A DNA stretch of 64,000 bases from contig JAQGDQ010002377.1 of assembly GCA_030141605.1 (NCBI GenBank), positions 62,001-126,000 of the forward strand, written 5' to 3'. The number at the start of each line of letters is the position of its first letter. Position 1 is the first letter of the stretch. Origin of the DNA: Tubiluchus corallicola. Taxonomy: Eukaryota; Animalia; Priapulida. Below the pieces are notes generated by a model, which ran no database searches, had not been told where the DNA came from, and saw only the letters and a list, made by a program, of their open reading frames with translations. Positions 1 through 12,235 of this stretch are shown piece by piece. The translations under genes were made by a program, and so were the position numbers.

Positions 1-1058
1 AGAACAAACCCAACGAACAAGAAAAGAACAAACCCAAGGAATAACAAAAGAACGAATCCAAGGAATAACAAAAGAACAAACCCAAGGAATAACAAAAGAA
101 CGAACCCAAGGAATAACAAAAGAACAAACCCAAGGAACAACAAATGAACCAATTCAAGGAACAACAATAGAACAAACCCAATGAACAACAAATGAACCAA
201 CCCAAGGAACAACAAAAAAACCAACCCAAGGAACAACAAAAGAAAAAATCCAAAGAACAACAAAAGAACCAACTCAAGGAACAAGAAAAGAACAAACCCA
301 ACGAACAAGAAAAGAACAAACCCAGGGAATAACAAAAGAACGAACCCAAGGAATAACAAAAGAACAAACCCAAGGAATAACAAAAGAACGAACCCAAGGA
401 ATAACAAAAGAACAAACCCAAGGAACAACAAATGAACCAATTCAAGGAACAACAATAGAACAAACCCAATGAACAACAAATGAACCAACCCAAGGAACAA
501 CAAAAAAACCAACCCAAGGAACAACAAAAGAAAAAATCCAAAGAACAACAAAAGAACCAACTCAAGGAACAAGAAAAGAACAAACCCAACGAACAAGAAA
601 AGAACAAACCCAGGGAATAACAAAAGAACGAACCCAAGGAATAACAAAAGAACAAACCCAAGGAATAACAAAAGAACGAACCCAAGGAATAACAAAAGAA
701 CAAACCCAAGGAACAACAAATGAACCAATTCAAGGAACAACAATAGAACAAATCCAATGAACAACAAATGAACCAACCCAAGGAACAACAAAAAAACCAA
801 CCCAAGGAACAACAAAAAAAAACAACCCAAGGAACAACAAAAAAAATCCAAAGAACAACAAAAGAACCAATCCAAGGAACAACAAATGAACCAATCCAAG
901 GAACAACAAAAGAACTAACCCAAGCTACAACAAATGAACCAACCCCAAGGAACAACAAAAGAACCAATCCAATGAACAACAAAAGAACCAACTCAATCCA
1001 CAACAAAAGAACCAAACCAAGGAACATTAATAGAACCAACCCAAGAAACAACAAAAGA
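1..1058. repeat. 24-bp minisatellite (consensus ~AAAGAACAAACCCAAGGAACAACA) with a 288-bp (12 x 24) higher-order repeat; runs off the left edge
   Basis: The variant AGAACAAACCCAACGAACAAG recurs at 1, 289 and 577. Monomers degrade after ~860. ORF 768..1118 is a by-product of the array. Confidence 0.95.
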
Positions 1059-2196
1059 ATGTTGTCTATGATAATGGTTGCAGCAATTTCAGCACTTTTA
1101 AATAATGATGTTGCATAGTGAGCATAATTAGTGGCTAAGTCAATTAAATGCGAGTGACTGCTCGTAACTGATGGGTATAGATCAGTCTGGTGTCCTCTCT
1201 GGCCCAGTTTGAGAAACCTGTGGGTAAAAAGTGCAAAAAGATTTCTAAATCAAGAGATCGCAAGCCATGAACGTCCTCTTTATTCGACTGTGTTTTAACT
1301 TCTAGAAAATAATTCTGGTTCACAAATGTAAGAACTGGTTTTTTTAAGCAAAAATGGCAGTTTTTGCAACAAATTAGCTTTATGAAATCATCAGACATCT
1401 CGTTTTTATATTTAGTGTGCTTAGAGCGTTAAAAAATTCACACACGGAATTTATGCATTTAACTATTGCAAATTCCCTTCTTCTTATGTGTAAGCAAAGT
1501 AATAAACATAGTAAAACGAAAAAAAAATTAAATTTGCCATTCTCATCACAGAAATATATGGCTTCTTACTCTGTGCTTTTGAGTGTTAAGTTGGTTGATC
1601 ATTTTATGGCTTGCAATTAGTGATGGGTGATTTTGAAATTTTTTAAGTCGATTATAATCCTGTTATTGTAATTCTTTTGCAGCAATCTTTTAGTGTTTTA
1701 GCCATGTTTTTCAAATATTGCTGGACTGAAAGACAACCTATAAACTTCTTCGTGACTTTCGTCCCTGTCTGCCATTTTTGTACTCGCAAACTATTTTATA
1801 AGCATGCAGACATCCACATTCATTAACTACTTTAATATTACATCACTACACACGACATGTGAAAATGAATTTAAATCCCTCAGTTTGCAACACTGTAATT
1901 TGCAATTGTGCGCATTGTGTAAGGTAAAAATAACGAAAAAAATGTAAGGATTCCGTTTATTTGTGCTAAAACACTGCCTTTTAGTTAATGTGTAACTCAT
2001 GTATTTTGCTCTCAATTAATCTGGTATAATTGAATTATTGTTGAAGTGCCGATTATATCGATTTATTCATGGTTATAAATCTATTTGGTTATCTATTAAT
2101 CCCCCATCACTATGTACTTGCGTATTGGCTTATTTCAAATAAAAACAGTATAAACGGCAGCACGTGTTGTCACATTAGCTATATAAAAAGCTATGT

Positions 2197-3276
2197 TTAA
2201 TTTTGAAGAGAGGCTGTTCGACAAGGTCTAGGTACACTGAACCATAGTCTTGTATCTTTTGCATCAGCATATGATGGCACTGTGTGTGTTGGACGACTAG
2301 CTGCACCAGATACATGTGATATGCTAGATACTGGCTGTACAGATGTTTGTCGTGAAAATAATTGCCGCAGTTCTCGACTGTACTTTTTATTCAGCAAGCA
2401 GTAAATGACAAAATTGGCACAGGGTGATATTGTCTCGCACAAGTTTTCAACAAAAGCTGTAACGTTAAACAAGTGCTCGTTTTCAGACTTATGATATGGG
2501 GAAGCTATCAAGTCAGTTAGCACTGTGCTCATATCCAAGAACAAGCCTTCAAATATTACGGCAACAAGGACCATTGTTAATCTGTTGTCGGCTTCTTTTC
2601 TGGCTTCAGCTAAATTGAAAACACGGCGCCGACTTTCTGACTTGTAAAAATTTATAACTAGCAAACAATTGCATACAGCTGATGTGCTCCACGGAATCAC
2701 TTGCACAAGTGATATTCTCAGGTACTGATACGTGGCATAACCGACATTTCGTGTAAATTTCGTATAGTTTGATTTGAAGCAAGTTTCTCTGTCATAATAT
2801 GTTACTGTGACCATTTTCATGAAGAAGTATGGAAGATGGAATATCAAGCAACAGCTGCTAATAACAGCTACCACCTTCCATGCTACTTTCCAGTTGCAGC
2901 ACGTTTTTGCATGGTGAGGAAACTTGACAAAAATATAGCGTTCCAGTGCGATTGTGGATGTTAATAGTATCGTTAATCCGGAGCAGGTGTTAGTGATGGG
3001 AAACCAAATGTACGATTCGTAGATGACCATACTTTTACACCAACAGGTAGTGATGCCAAAAAACATGAGAGCTCTATTAAATGACATAGGCGTCATAAAA
3101 ATCACAAAGACCAAGTCTGTGATAGCTAGTGCAGTGAGGTAGCTATATGAAGATACGTGCTTTAGTCTCTTCGATGTCAGAACTTTTATGTTAATTACAC
3201 TTACAACTAAACCAATGAGACAAAGTACTGTAGTTAGCAGATATCCAATGGCTAAAGGTATGCTCGCACTGGTCAT
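2197..3276 (-). CDS. Intronless class A (rhodopsin-like) GPCR, FMRFamide-receptor-like / Srw-type, 359 aa
   Basis: Seven hydrophobic segments; TM1 N (VINIKVL), TM2 LAITD, TM3 ALERY, TM4 FHLPYFF, TM5 VIPW..N..L, TM7 NFVIYC..NKKY. Confidence 0.93.
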   Translation of the reverse strand: MTSASIPLAIGYLLTTVLCLIGLVVSVINIKVLTSKRLKHVSSYSYLTALAITDLVFVIFMTPMSFNRALMFFGITTCWCKSMVIYESYIWFPITNTCSGLTILLTSTIALERYIFVKFPHHAKTCCNWKVAWKVVAVISSCCLIFHLPYFFMKMVTVTYYDRETCFKSNYTKFTRNVGYATYQYLRISLVQVIPWSTSAVCNCLLVINFYKSESRRRVFNLAEARKEADNRLTMVLVAVIFEGLFLDMSTVLTDLIASPYHKSENEHLFNVTAFVENLCETISPCANFVIYCLLNKKYSRELRQLFSRQTSVQPVSSISHVSGAASRPTHTVPSYADAKDTRLWFSVPRPCRTASLQN

Positions 3277-4393
3277 CTTTAGCCATGAGTACTACCTTGC
3301 TGAGTAGTTAATTTGAATGACATGATTGATAGCACTTACAAGTAACGTTTTGTACTTTATTCTTATCATTTTTTATCTAATTTCTGTTCGATGTGAATCC
3401 ACCATTTTGCATTGACACAATTGTCACCAATGACACCATTGACACCATTAATTAGTTGCATGCTCATCGCATCATAATAAAAACTACAGAACTCATTGCA
3501 ATGTTTGAATGATCCTGTTTTTTTACTGGTGCATGCACACTTGAAAAAAAGTTGCCTTGGTGTAGCTAACCAGGTCACAGATCATCTATACAGAGGATAA
3601 ACTAAAACCTATTTTATCTGAAATTTTAAAACATCCATTAGCATTTGAAGAACTCCTTTTCGGAATAAGCGACAAACACTATTTTCCCACATCCTGTTTG
3701 ACAATGTCACCAGACCGATAAAATTATAAGTTTGTTAATGTTAGTATCACGCAATTATGGCATGATCATTTTAGATTATCCACGCATTGGCACAATTTCG
3801 AAAATATAATCTAATTACACACATTAGATTATTTGTTTATTTTGGTATCTAAACAGTCTAATTACAAACTTAAGCATACTACGCATAATTAAATGTACTG
3901 CCCTTTGACATTTCCTGATCCAATATTATACTTGCTCATATTCAAGATTTTTGTTTTTCTTCTACTTAGTGTGCTGTGTATCTCTGCATAATTAAGTAAT
4001 GCACGTATTTGCTTACTGGCAGTTCCAATATTAATATATTTCTTTCTGGGACTCCAAGGCACAGCTAACCTTGAACAATTTTAAATTTTATCAATTATTT
4101 CCGATAATTATTTTTTATTAGTTGAGTCTTTAACTTGAATTTATTAACCTCCTTAAAGTCCATCTTGTTGGACTTGAACTTATTAACTGCCAAAAGCGTG
4201 CAAGTTATTTCACTGGTTTATGTACTGGTACAAGAATCGTAAACAAGACGTTCAAATATATTGAGTTATTTATATTTTCTTCGTTACATGCTTACTAGTA
4301 TTGCTTAGTACAGATATTTTAAACAAGACAGATGTAATAGGTGGTATTCCCTATTACCTGGTCTTATACCTATTATATGTTAACGAAAAATTG

Positions 4394-5389
4394 CTACTGT
4401 TGCCGTAATCTCGGAAAATCCTTTTCTGTATTCACCTTATTGAGCCAGCTTCTAAACATCTTTTTACACTCTTGAAAGAACTTCTTGTTAAGCATACAAT
4501 ATAAAATTATGTTCAGGCATGCATCGGCTGTTTCACACGTATGCTCCACTAACGAAATAATTATAAAAGTTCCACTTTCGTAAAAATCGGTTGAATTTTC
4601 CCCTCCAAAGAGCATTAGCGATGACGTATAATCAGTTAAGCTTGTTGACAAGTCAAACACAAGAGACTCGAAGACAATTACAGATAAGAAGATGGTAAGA
4701 TGCAACTCTCTCATCGTTTTTACATTATTCCGTTGCATGCTTCTGCTTACACGCTTTTTGGCTGCAATTATATTCCTCAGTAGCAGACTGTTAAAGAGCA
4801 ATAAAAGAATCCATGGGACAATGTGCACTAGTATGTTACGAAGCCACTGGTACACAGCGAGAGTGGTCCAAGTAGTGAAGTTAGTGTACACAGAATCGGA
4901 GCAGTTCTCGTTGGTACCTGTACCCATGCCTACTTCTCTCATAAAATGATACGGGATGTGGAACATTACGCACTCAACTGATGCAAGAAGTAACTCTCTC
5001 CCGGCCAGCTTAAGTGTACAATGGAGTTTATAAAAAGCAAAAAACCGTTCAATGGTTATGATTAGTGTAATCCAAGTTCTAAGTCCTGCTAATGTGTTAT
5101 TGAGAGCGCACCATATATGAGATTCATATACAACAATTCCATGCACATTGCATACCTTCTTTTCATAGTGTATCAGAGTTCTACTCATCCATATTGGCAG
5201 AGAGCAAAGCAGATATGCACAATCTGTGATTGCAAGTCCAGCCAGGTATACGTATGATGGCGACATTTGAAACAACTTCAACTTCACAAAAACGGTTATC
5301 GTTATCATGTTGCCACAAATTCCCAATATGCTTAAGATTGAAAGACACATGTACACAATGGCTGAAGCCAAATATATATTCGTGGACAT
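4394..5389 (-). CDS. Intronless class A GPCR, tandem paralog of 2197-3276, ~331 aa from the first ATG
   Basis: TM1 GN (GICGNMI), TM2 LAITD, TM3 TIERF, FHIPY, IVPW..FN.LL, TM7 NIILYCMLNKKF. Shares the YES.IW..NT motif with its neighbour. The ORF track starts at a TTG (5398); the first ATG is at 5389. Confidence 0.92.
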   Translation of the reverse strand: MSTNIYLASAIVYMCLSILSILGICGNMITITVFVKLKLFQMSPSYVYLAGLAITDCAYLLCSLPIWMSRTLIHYEKKVCNVHGIVVYESHIWCALNNTLAGLRTWITLIITIERFFAFYKLHCTLKLAGRELLLASVECVMFHIPYHFMREVGMGTGTNENCSDSVYTNFTTWTTLAVYQWLRNILVHIVPWILLLLFNSLLLRNIIAAKKRVSRSMQRNNVKTMRELHLTIFLSVIVFESLVFDLSTSLTDYTSSLMLFGGENSTDFYESGTFIIISLVEHTCETADACLNIILYCMLNKKFFQECKKMFRSWLNKVNTEKDFPRLRQQ

Positions 5390-6063
5390 CTTAACCAATT
5401 TTTATGACATCTTTTATTAAACTTAATCATTCATAATGAAACTCAGCCTAAGGTTGAGCCCCAATTATATTCGCAAGTTAAAACACGACGAAATATCCAT
5501 GTTAAGATTGTAAGCATGCCGTGATTGTTACAATCACTATGCAATCGTATTGTTACACTCACTCATTCTCCATTCAACTACTATATCTGCTGTTTCTTTA
5601 ACCACATGTTGTTCAAACAACAGAAATAGTCTGTCTGTCATGAACATTAGTTAATTTTTTGTTGTCTTACAAAAATTTGAGTAATTGATTCTTTTATCAC
5701 TCAGTTGAACTTGTTGGGATTTCGTGACTGTGTTGTGTTTGTTCCTGTTTCAACAGTTTATTACACGCACAAAATAAAACCTGAAAAGAAGTCGTAATCA
5801 TGACTGTCTAGTTCATCACATTTTTCTAAAGTGATCGTATCAAAGTACAAAATTTGTTTATTTATATAGTTAATTAAGCACCGTGTAAATTGAGCAGTTG
5901 CTAGAGTTAACATATTATGGTATAATTTTTTGTGTAAGTATTGGTTGTATTTTGCAATGTTATTTTGGTTTCGGTCCGTTTTTCAGCCCTGTTGTTTTTT
6001 GGCAAGAAAGATGCTGTCCTTAATGATTGCTGAATAGTTGTTGTATATCCGAGTGTAAAAATA

Positions 6064-6220
6064 AATGACAACAACGTTTATTAATAAAAACAATATTTCG
6101 AGAAACCACTACTCCCTTCATCATGTTACATAAAATTAATCACATAGAATGTTTTAGTCATTAATTTTGTGTAAGTGGCTTCTTGACTTATCATTTTTAG
6201 CAATAAACATTGTTGTCATT
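6064..6220 (-). mobile_element. Small Penelope-like relic: inverted ends plus a degenerate hammerhead motif
   Basis: 6064-6082 and 6202-6220 are inverted repeats (18/19). The minus strand reads aacATGATGAagggagtagtggtttctcGAAAtattgtt followed by AATAAA. Confidence 0.5.
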
Positions 6221-6356
6221 AACCACCTTTTTGTTGTTTTTAAAAAGGGTTCTATTGATTTCTAAAGAATATTTAGTTTACGTATAGTACTTTATGTATT
6301 TATTTTTATGTTTGAAAACTTGTTTATGCTGCAAAGCAATTTTAAATTTTTTGTAG

Positions 6357-9326
6357 CCGGAAACAGCCATTTGGACTTGTAGTAGCCATTGGTCAAAATG
6401 GTATGGCAAGCGGTGATTTATTTTGGGATGATGGAGATTCCATTGGTAAATAAATATTCTTTTCTATGCAAATTCAAGTTGTTCAAATATTAGTGAGTCT
6501 ACAGAAATTGGTCGATAAATACCTGACTATGTTATAAGAGAACTGATAGGTGCCAGACTGGCAAGTTTTCTCTCGCTAGTTTTCTGTCTGACTTCAAGAA
6601 ATTGCACATTTTACACACAGAGTTTTCATGGTGATTAATGTCACAAATTTAAACTCCCAGCACTAATTACTAGATTCAGTAATTTTAATGATTAAGTGCC
6701 TCCTAATGTATTGAAAAGGGTTGTATAATTAGTACACTGGTTTTACAAAAAGTAGGTGAAGAACTAATTAAAGTACAAATTGCTAGCTTCCTGAAAATAA
6801 ATTACATTACTTCATTACAACGAAATTTTAATAATAATTATTTTTCTGAACTATTATGCAGGCTGGAGTCTATGAAGTCTTGATAAGTTTTTGACCATTG
6901 GTGTGACTTATTTAATTTCTACTAACACCCGCTTTTTGAACTAATTCGAGCTCTTTTAACTTGCAAAGATTTATTTTGCTTTTTTTTTTCAAATTTACTG
7001 ACTTCACTCAACTTTTCCATCAGTTGTATGATGTAATATCTCATTTTGGTAATTGTAAAGCATGTTATAAGCATTTACAATATTTATTTTATATTTCTGT
7101 TCCAGCAAGTACTTTATTTGTTTTACAGTTTAACAATGGTGTTTTGTTTACTATATTGTTACAAAATTTTAGCTTTTAAAATGCACCTCTACCAACTAAA
7201 ACCAACTGTAGTAAATGAAATAACATTTTATTCCTGTAAGCTACTTTTTACAGATACTATCAAGAATGAGAAGTACTATTATGCTACATTCCAGCTACTA
7301 CGGGAAATGTCGGATGATGAGCGTGCTCGGTTATCCAGTAAATTTCCTAATTTACGCGTCTCAGAAGAGTCAGGTACCAATCAGTAACATATTATAATCA
7401 TTATCACCGCAATTTCCACAAGGCATTTGTAAGAAATTTGCCATAGATCCCTTCACATGACACACAGACATTGCCTGTTTGGCAGTTTCTGAAAATAGCT
7501 TCACATTTTTTACAATTACATCTTACAGTCTACCAGTGCTACTAATAGAAAAAGTAGTCAAGAAAGTATACATTGTTTTTTTTCTTAATCTAGTGTTTCA
7601 TTTATGTTTTGAACTACATCATATTCATTCCTCGTCAGAAATGGTACTGACAAACCACTGACAAAGCAGTGTCTAGTTTTTTTGCTGATTTACTGCTTTG
7701 TTCACCTGTCTTGAATGCAGATTTCTTTTTTTACAATTCTACCTGCCCGTGTTTACAATAGATGTAATGGGCATAACATGCTGATGATATATTCTCTGCA
7801 ATATAGAATAGATAATCTGGAATTTAGATCATTTCTATAAAAGAAACACATCCCATTAATATTAACAGTAATATTTCATTCGTTGGCCCAATTTCAAATT
7901 GTGGTCAAATTTCACCCCATTCAGTAGTATTTGTATGTATAGTGTTGGTTGGATGAGGGTTAACTGTTAGCTCTTTATGAAAAATTTATCATGTTTGTGT
8001 CACAACATCAAATAAATAATCACCTTTGATATTCGAATAATTTTAAACTTTGACTTTTAATAACGGGAACTTCAGTAACAAACCTAACCTGCTGTGAGTC
8101 AAATTACAAATCAAATCTGAATTTTAACTTTGATTTAGTTAACTTTGATTTCCATGTAATCTGTGAAACTATGGATTTTGTTATACACGTTAATTGCACG
8201 AAAAGCTGTGAAACTTTAATTACTGCTTCTATGTATAGAATATGGAGCTGTCAGAATGGAAATTCGAGATCCTTTTGATGAAGAGGTTCAATCACTGCAC
8301 ATGAATAAGATGCGGATCCTGGGGATTTCAACTGAACCGCTTATTGTTCTTGTACAATCCTTCGTTCACACGGATTATGTTTACTATAGCAAAGCAAAGG
8401 TAGGAATTTGTACGTATGTACTATATGTACATGTAAAATGCACACAAGTATGGCAAGTTAGTAAAACTGATAAGTTATTCGAATCACAGAATTTTAAAAG
8501 CTGCTGCCAATTTAAAACTTTAGCTAATTATGTGTTTTAATATTTTCTGTGTGTGTACTTGTGACTTGACACAGTGATTTTTAAATATATGCCACGGTTT
8601 ACAACTTTATACAGTAAACTACGAGTAACTTGAATTCTTGCGTATCTCAAACAGATCTCATGGAACAGATTCTCTCTTTTGTTTTTCCCTTTAACAAAAC
8701 ATCATGTAACTCGAAAACAGTAACTCAATTTATCATGTAACTCGAACCAATTTCCCGGTACACTTCTTAGGATTTGATTGAAATTACCTTGCCTACCTTG
8801 AACAGGCTCCCAAATAAGAAGCCCTACATGAAAGCACCGCACCAGATTTTAACTGCTAGTTTCAGCAAAAATGCTAAGATTTTTTGTATTGCCTTAGCAG
8901 AACACTGCACACAACATGGCTTAACGAACATGATTTAATGTAAATCACAATGTTATTGTTGCCAAATTTAACTAGCCATGCTACTCACACCAAAACAGAG
9001 GTCGACCAGTCATTTTATTTTTTTATTATTCTTAAAAATTATTGTTTGCAAACTATGTGTTATAGCTTATCAGCTTTTGAACATAATTCAACCTGATTCA
9101 TTTCTGTGTATCTGTCATATTAGGCTGTTCGTAATGTAATTATTCTGGTTTCAGTTATTTGGGTTAAAACCCTATGTACCTCAACATAATTTTTAATCAA
9201 ATTAATTTTTACCAATTGTTCAGCTAATGAGCAGAGAACTCTTATGTTCTTTCTTTCTTTCAGGAATTATACATCTACAATTTGGAGTTGCCAATGAATA
9301 CAGATTTCGTTGTACAATGGCTATGA
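6357..9326 (+). CDS. Last four coding exons of a glycoside hydrolase family 31 alpha-glucosidase (GAA/MGAM/SI-like): 6357-6445, 7254-7373, 8239-8399, 9264-9326 (stop TGA)
   Basis: The first exon reads (S)[29 protein letters not shown], the GH31 C-terminal G.L(F/Y)WDDG motif. All junctions are GT-AG and phase-compatible. The protein ends [20 protein letters not shown]. Upstream exons lie outside the window. Confidence 0.88.
8609..8790 (+). mobile_element. Tc1/pogo (Tigger-like) MITE fragment
   Basis: Starts TA-CAGTAAACTACGAGTAACTTGAA and has repeated internal TAACTCGAA motifs. The other end was not found. Confidence 0.4.
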
Positions 9327-10486
9327 TAGTTACCAAGTTTGTATTGCAATCTAAAATTAGCTGTGTCGTCCAAAGATTTTGAATACCATTGATATTATTT
9401 CAGCCAGCTAAATGCATAATTGAGTACATTTTAGAAGAATTTGTATAAAATTTTAATGAAGCCTTTGTTGAATGTATAGCAATTTCAGTAAAGCCAATGC
9501 AAATTTATCATCAAATAACTAACACGTGAAAATTTCAGATTTTGAAATCAAAGTTGACAATTACTTAAAGCTGTGCAAGGGTTCTTCAGAGTAACTCATA
9601 GTATAGCATTCAACTACAATAGGCCTTTAAAAGGACATGTATCTGTTGCTGTTTGCATTAGATATATTCATAAAGACACCAAAGACACTGAAGTTGCTTT
9701 AAAATTTTATCTTGAAACATGATCATTTTGAACTTGTTTTTTAGAAACTGATGTGATAGTTGAACTAGTTTTATTTTTTTAAGTGTAAGTAGTGTTTAAT
9801 ATTAATTGCTTATTAAGTATGGACAGCTGATTCAGGTGCTCAGTGCATTGTCTGTAAGGTGTCTGAAATTTGTCTTTTTAAATGGAAACTGCATTTTAAA
9901 GTAAGTTTCAAAATACTCTTACCATAAATGCACTCATACATCCGTATTTCATTTTTAATTGCTCATGTTTAATGCAAATGGTATTAAATGCTAACATAAT
10001 GAGGTTTTAGTTCTGAAACAGAATACACACTGCACAAAAAATTCCATTTTGTAGTAACAAGATTGCATATAATCAGTAAGTCAGTTTTGAAAGCTTTCAT
10101 TTTCATCATTAATGCATCAAATTTATCACCAATCAATCGTGTAAAAATATTATTTTAATGTTTGTTGTCTTCCTTGGCTAGTGAAAGTAAGCCATTCGCA
10201 TTTTTTTTCACTGAGTTTATTGCATTAAATTTTTAGCCTGATTGTTATATATTGCTGTGTACCTGTTACGTAAAACATGATTGGGTATGTGTTTAATTGC
10301 AAATTTTGTTATTGCTGAATTTTAAAGCAAAATCTACAGTTGTTGTTTTTAGTGCTGAGAGGAAGATGCACGCACAGTAGGGGCCTACTAGTTCAATGTT
10401 AATTAACTGAAAAAATGAAACTTGTATATTGTTAGTTTGTTATACATCATTATAGAGAAATTTGATTTTAAATGATAGTAATTTGG

Positions 10487-10492
10487 AATAAA
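10487..10492 (+). promoter_or_regulatory. Candidate poly(A) signal of the GH31 gene
   Basis: AATAAA ~1.15 kb after the stop, followed by a GT/T-rich tract (ttgtattcgtgttttatt). Confidence 0.3.
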
Positions 10493-10751
10493 TTCAGAAA
10501 TATTAATCGCACTAGCTATTTGTATTCGTGTTTTATTTCAACTTGTGTGCTGTACTTTAGTGATGTGGCAACTTATCACTAAAGTATGCATTATGACAAC
10601 CCAATATCTGTGGAAGACAGAATGTTACGTGTCAAAATAAATAAAAACTGTATGCAATTAAGACACAGTTTGCAGAGGGAAGGTATCACATGACTATCAT
10701 TTTTTACTGCTTGCTTTAAGTAGTTATTGCATATCTCTAGTATTTAATGCT

Positions 10752-10922
10752 GATCCAAAGGTGTATAAAAAATCTGCAATTTGTAATTCATATTTTGCAC
10801 ACCAAAAATCACTTTTCCACGAATGCATCTAGTAAGATTCATTTCTAAACATACAGACACCGAGTTAAGTGAAGCAGCAAAGAGCTCTAAAATCTACAAA
10901 GACAAATGCCAATAGGAGGTGA
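10752..10922 (+). repeat. ~170-bp diverged direct duplication, copy 1 (copy 2 at 12243-12411)
   Basis: Shared blocks include TAGTAAGATTCATTTCTAAACATACAGACA and AGAGCTCTAAAATCTAC. Confidence 0.85.
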
Positions 10923-11479
10923 AGCCCGAAGCAAAAATCGAAAAGGACATAAAGACAAGGTTTAAAAAGTTATTAGTTTTTTTAACTTAAACATGTGATA
11001 ATTAAGTTTATAATAAAGGCATAGGTAGCACAAAACATTAATTATAATATTCAATTACGAGATTTTTTTATTGGCATTTCGTAGTGCCAGATTCCATATT
11101 CACAGTACATTTTCCATAAGATAACTGAACAACTACTTTGCATTCTATATACCTCCACCTTAAAGTGGAAGGACATAATAAATATTATTTTATTATTAAG
11201 TCATTTGGAATGTGAGAATGTTTTGAATAGGTTACTCCAAAATTTCCATAAATGCACTGATAAATTGTACACTACATTGTTAACTAAGCACAGTAAAATA
11301 ACACTAATATTTATGTTTCAATGACTTTTTCAAAAAATGTGTGTGCGTGTGTGGGCATGCATGCATGTGTAGGTCAGCGCACATAATATTATAATATTAA
11401 GTAATTAATTTGCAGTGGCATGCTGTCCACACATGCTTCATACATACATACATACACTTTCATTCTTCCAATTTCAACT

Positions 11480-12235
11480 ATTGTCCATTAGTTTCATATT
11501 TTTGCGGTACAACAAACACACACACATTTGAAAAATGACAAGAACGTGCCTTTGCATTTTGTCTTTAATGATTATGACACATTGTTGAAAAAAGTTAAAA
11601 TGAAAAAAACCTTGTGGAAATAGGCAAAGATTAGTAGCAATAGAGGTATTTCAAATTTTACATAAACTCTGTCCAGAAAGCTTATAAAACATGGTTAATC
11701 TGAGAAATTTTTTCTATCAAATGCAATATGATAGCATCTTAAATATTCCCAGGGTATGCACAAAATTATTATGGAAAAAAAGTTTTCGATATTCGGCTTC
11801 TAAAATCTGGAATGAATTGCTCAATCATTTACGCATAGTCACTAACTATAATGTTTTCTTGAGACAAATTAACAAATGGAGCGTGGACATTTGTAGATGC
11901 TCAGCTTGTGCTACCTAATTTGTGTCAATTATTTTCAAGTACTTTGTACCTTTATTGTTTTAGTGAATCAGTTTTAGTGTTTTCTGATCATTTTATCTCC
12001 ACAATTCTTTCCATGTGCTTAGAATTAAGTAATGTTCACCTTTTTAAAAATTTCTATTATTCATTTTTGTTACTTTCACATTTTGATTTTATTTCCAATT
12101 TGAATAAGATTTTTTTCTATTTTAGTAAAAATTTTAGCATTGCGTATTTTAGTCGATATAGCCTATTTGGCTAATGTTCTTCCGTTGTACACCCGACTTT
12201 AAATAAAGATTTAGTATGTATGCATGTATGTCTAT
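11480..12235 (+). mobile_element. 5'-truncated non-LTR retrotransposon (CR1/L2-group 3' end), frameshifted
   Basis: Remnants QERAFAF/VFNDY, RLVAIEVFQILHKLCP, KKSFRYSASKIWNEL, CRCSAC. T-rich 3'UTR, then AATAAA and a (TATG)n tail. Confidence 0.7.

Noticed and set aside
1-1058. CRISPR-like array (also considered for 59228-59490)
   Set aside because: Contiguous tandem units without unique spacers, eukaryotic context, and no cas genes.
768-1118. 116-aa N/K/T/Q-rich ORF
   Set aside because: It is a translation of the minisatellite, shifts register within the array, and has no splice or domain support.
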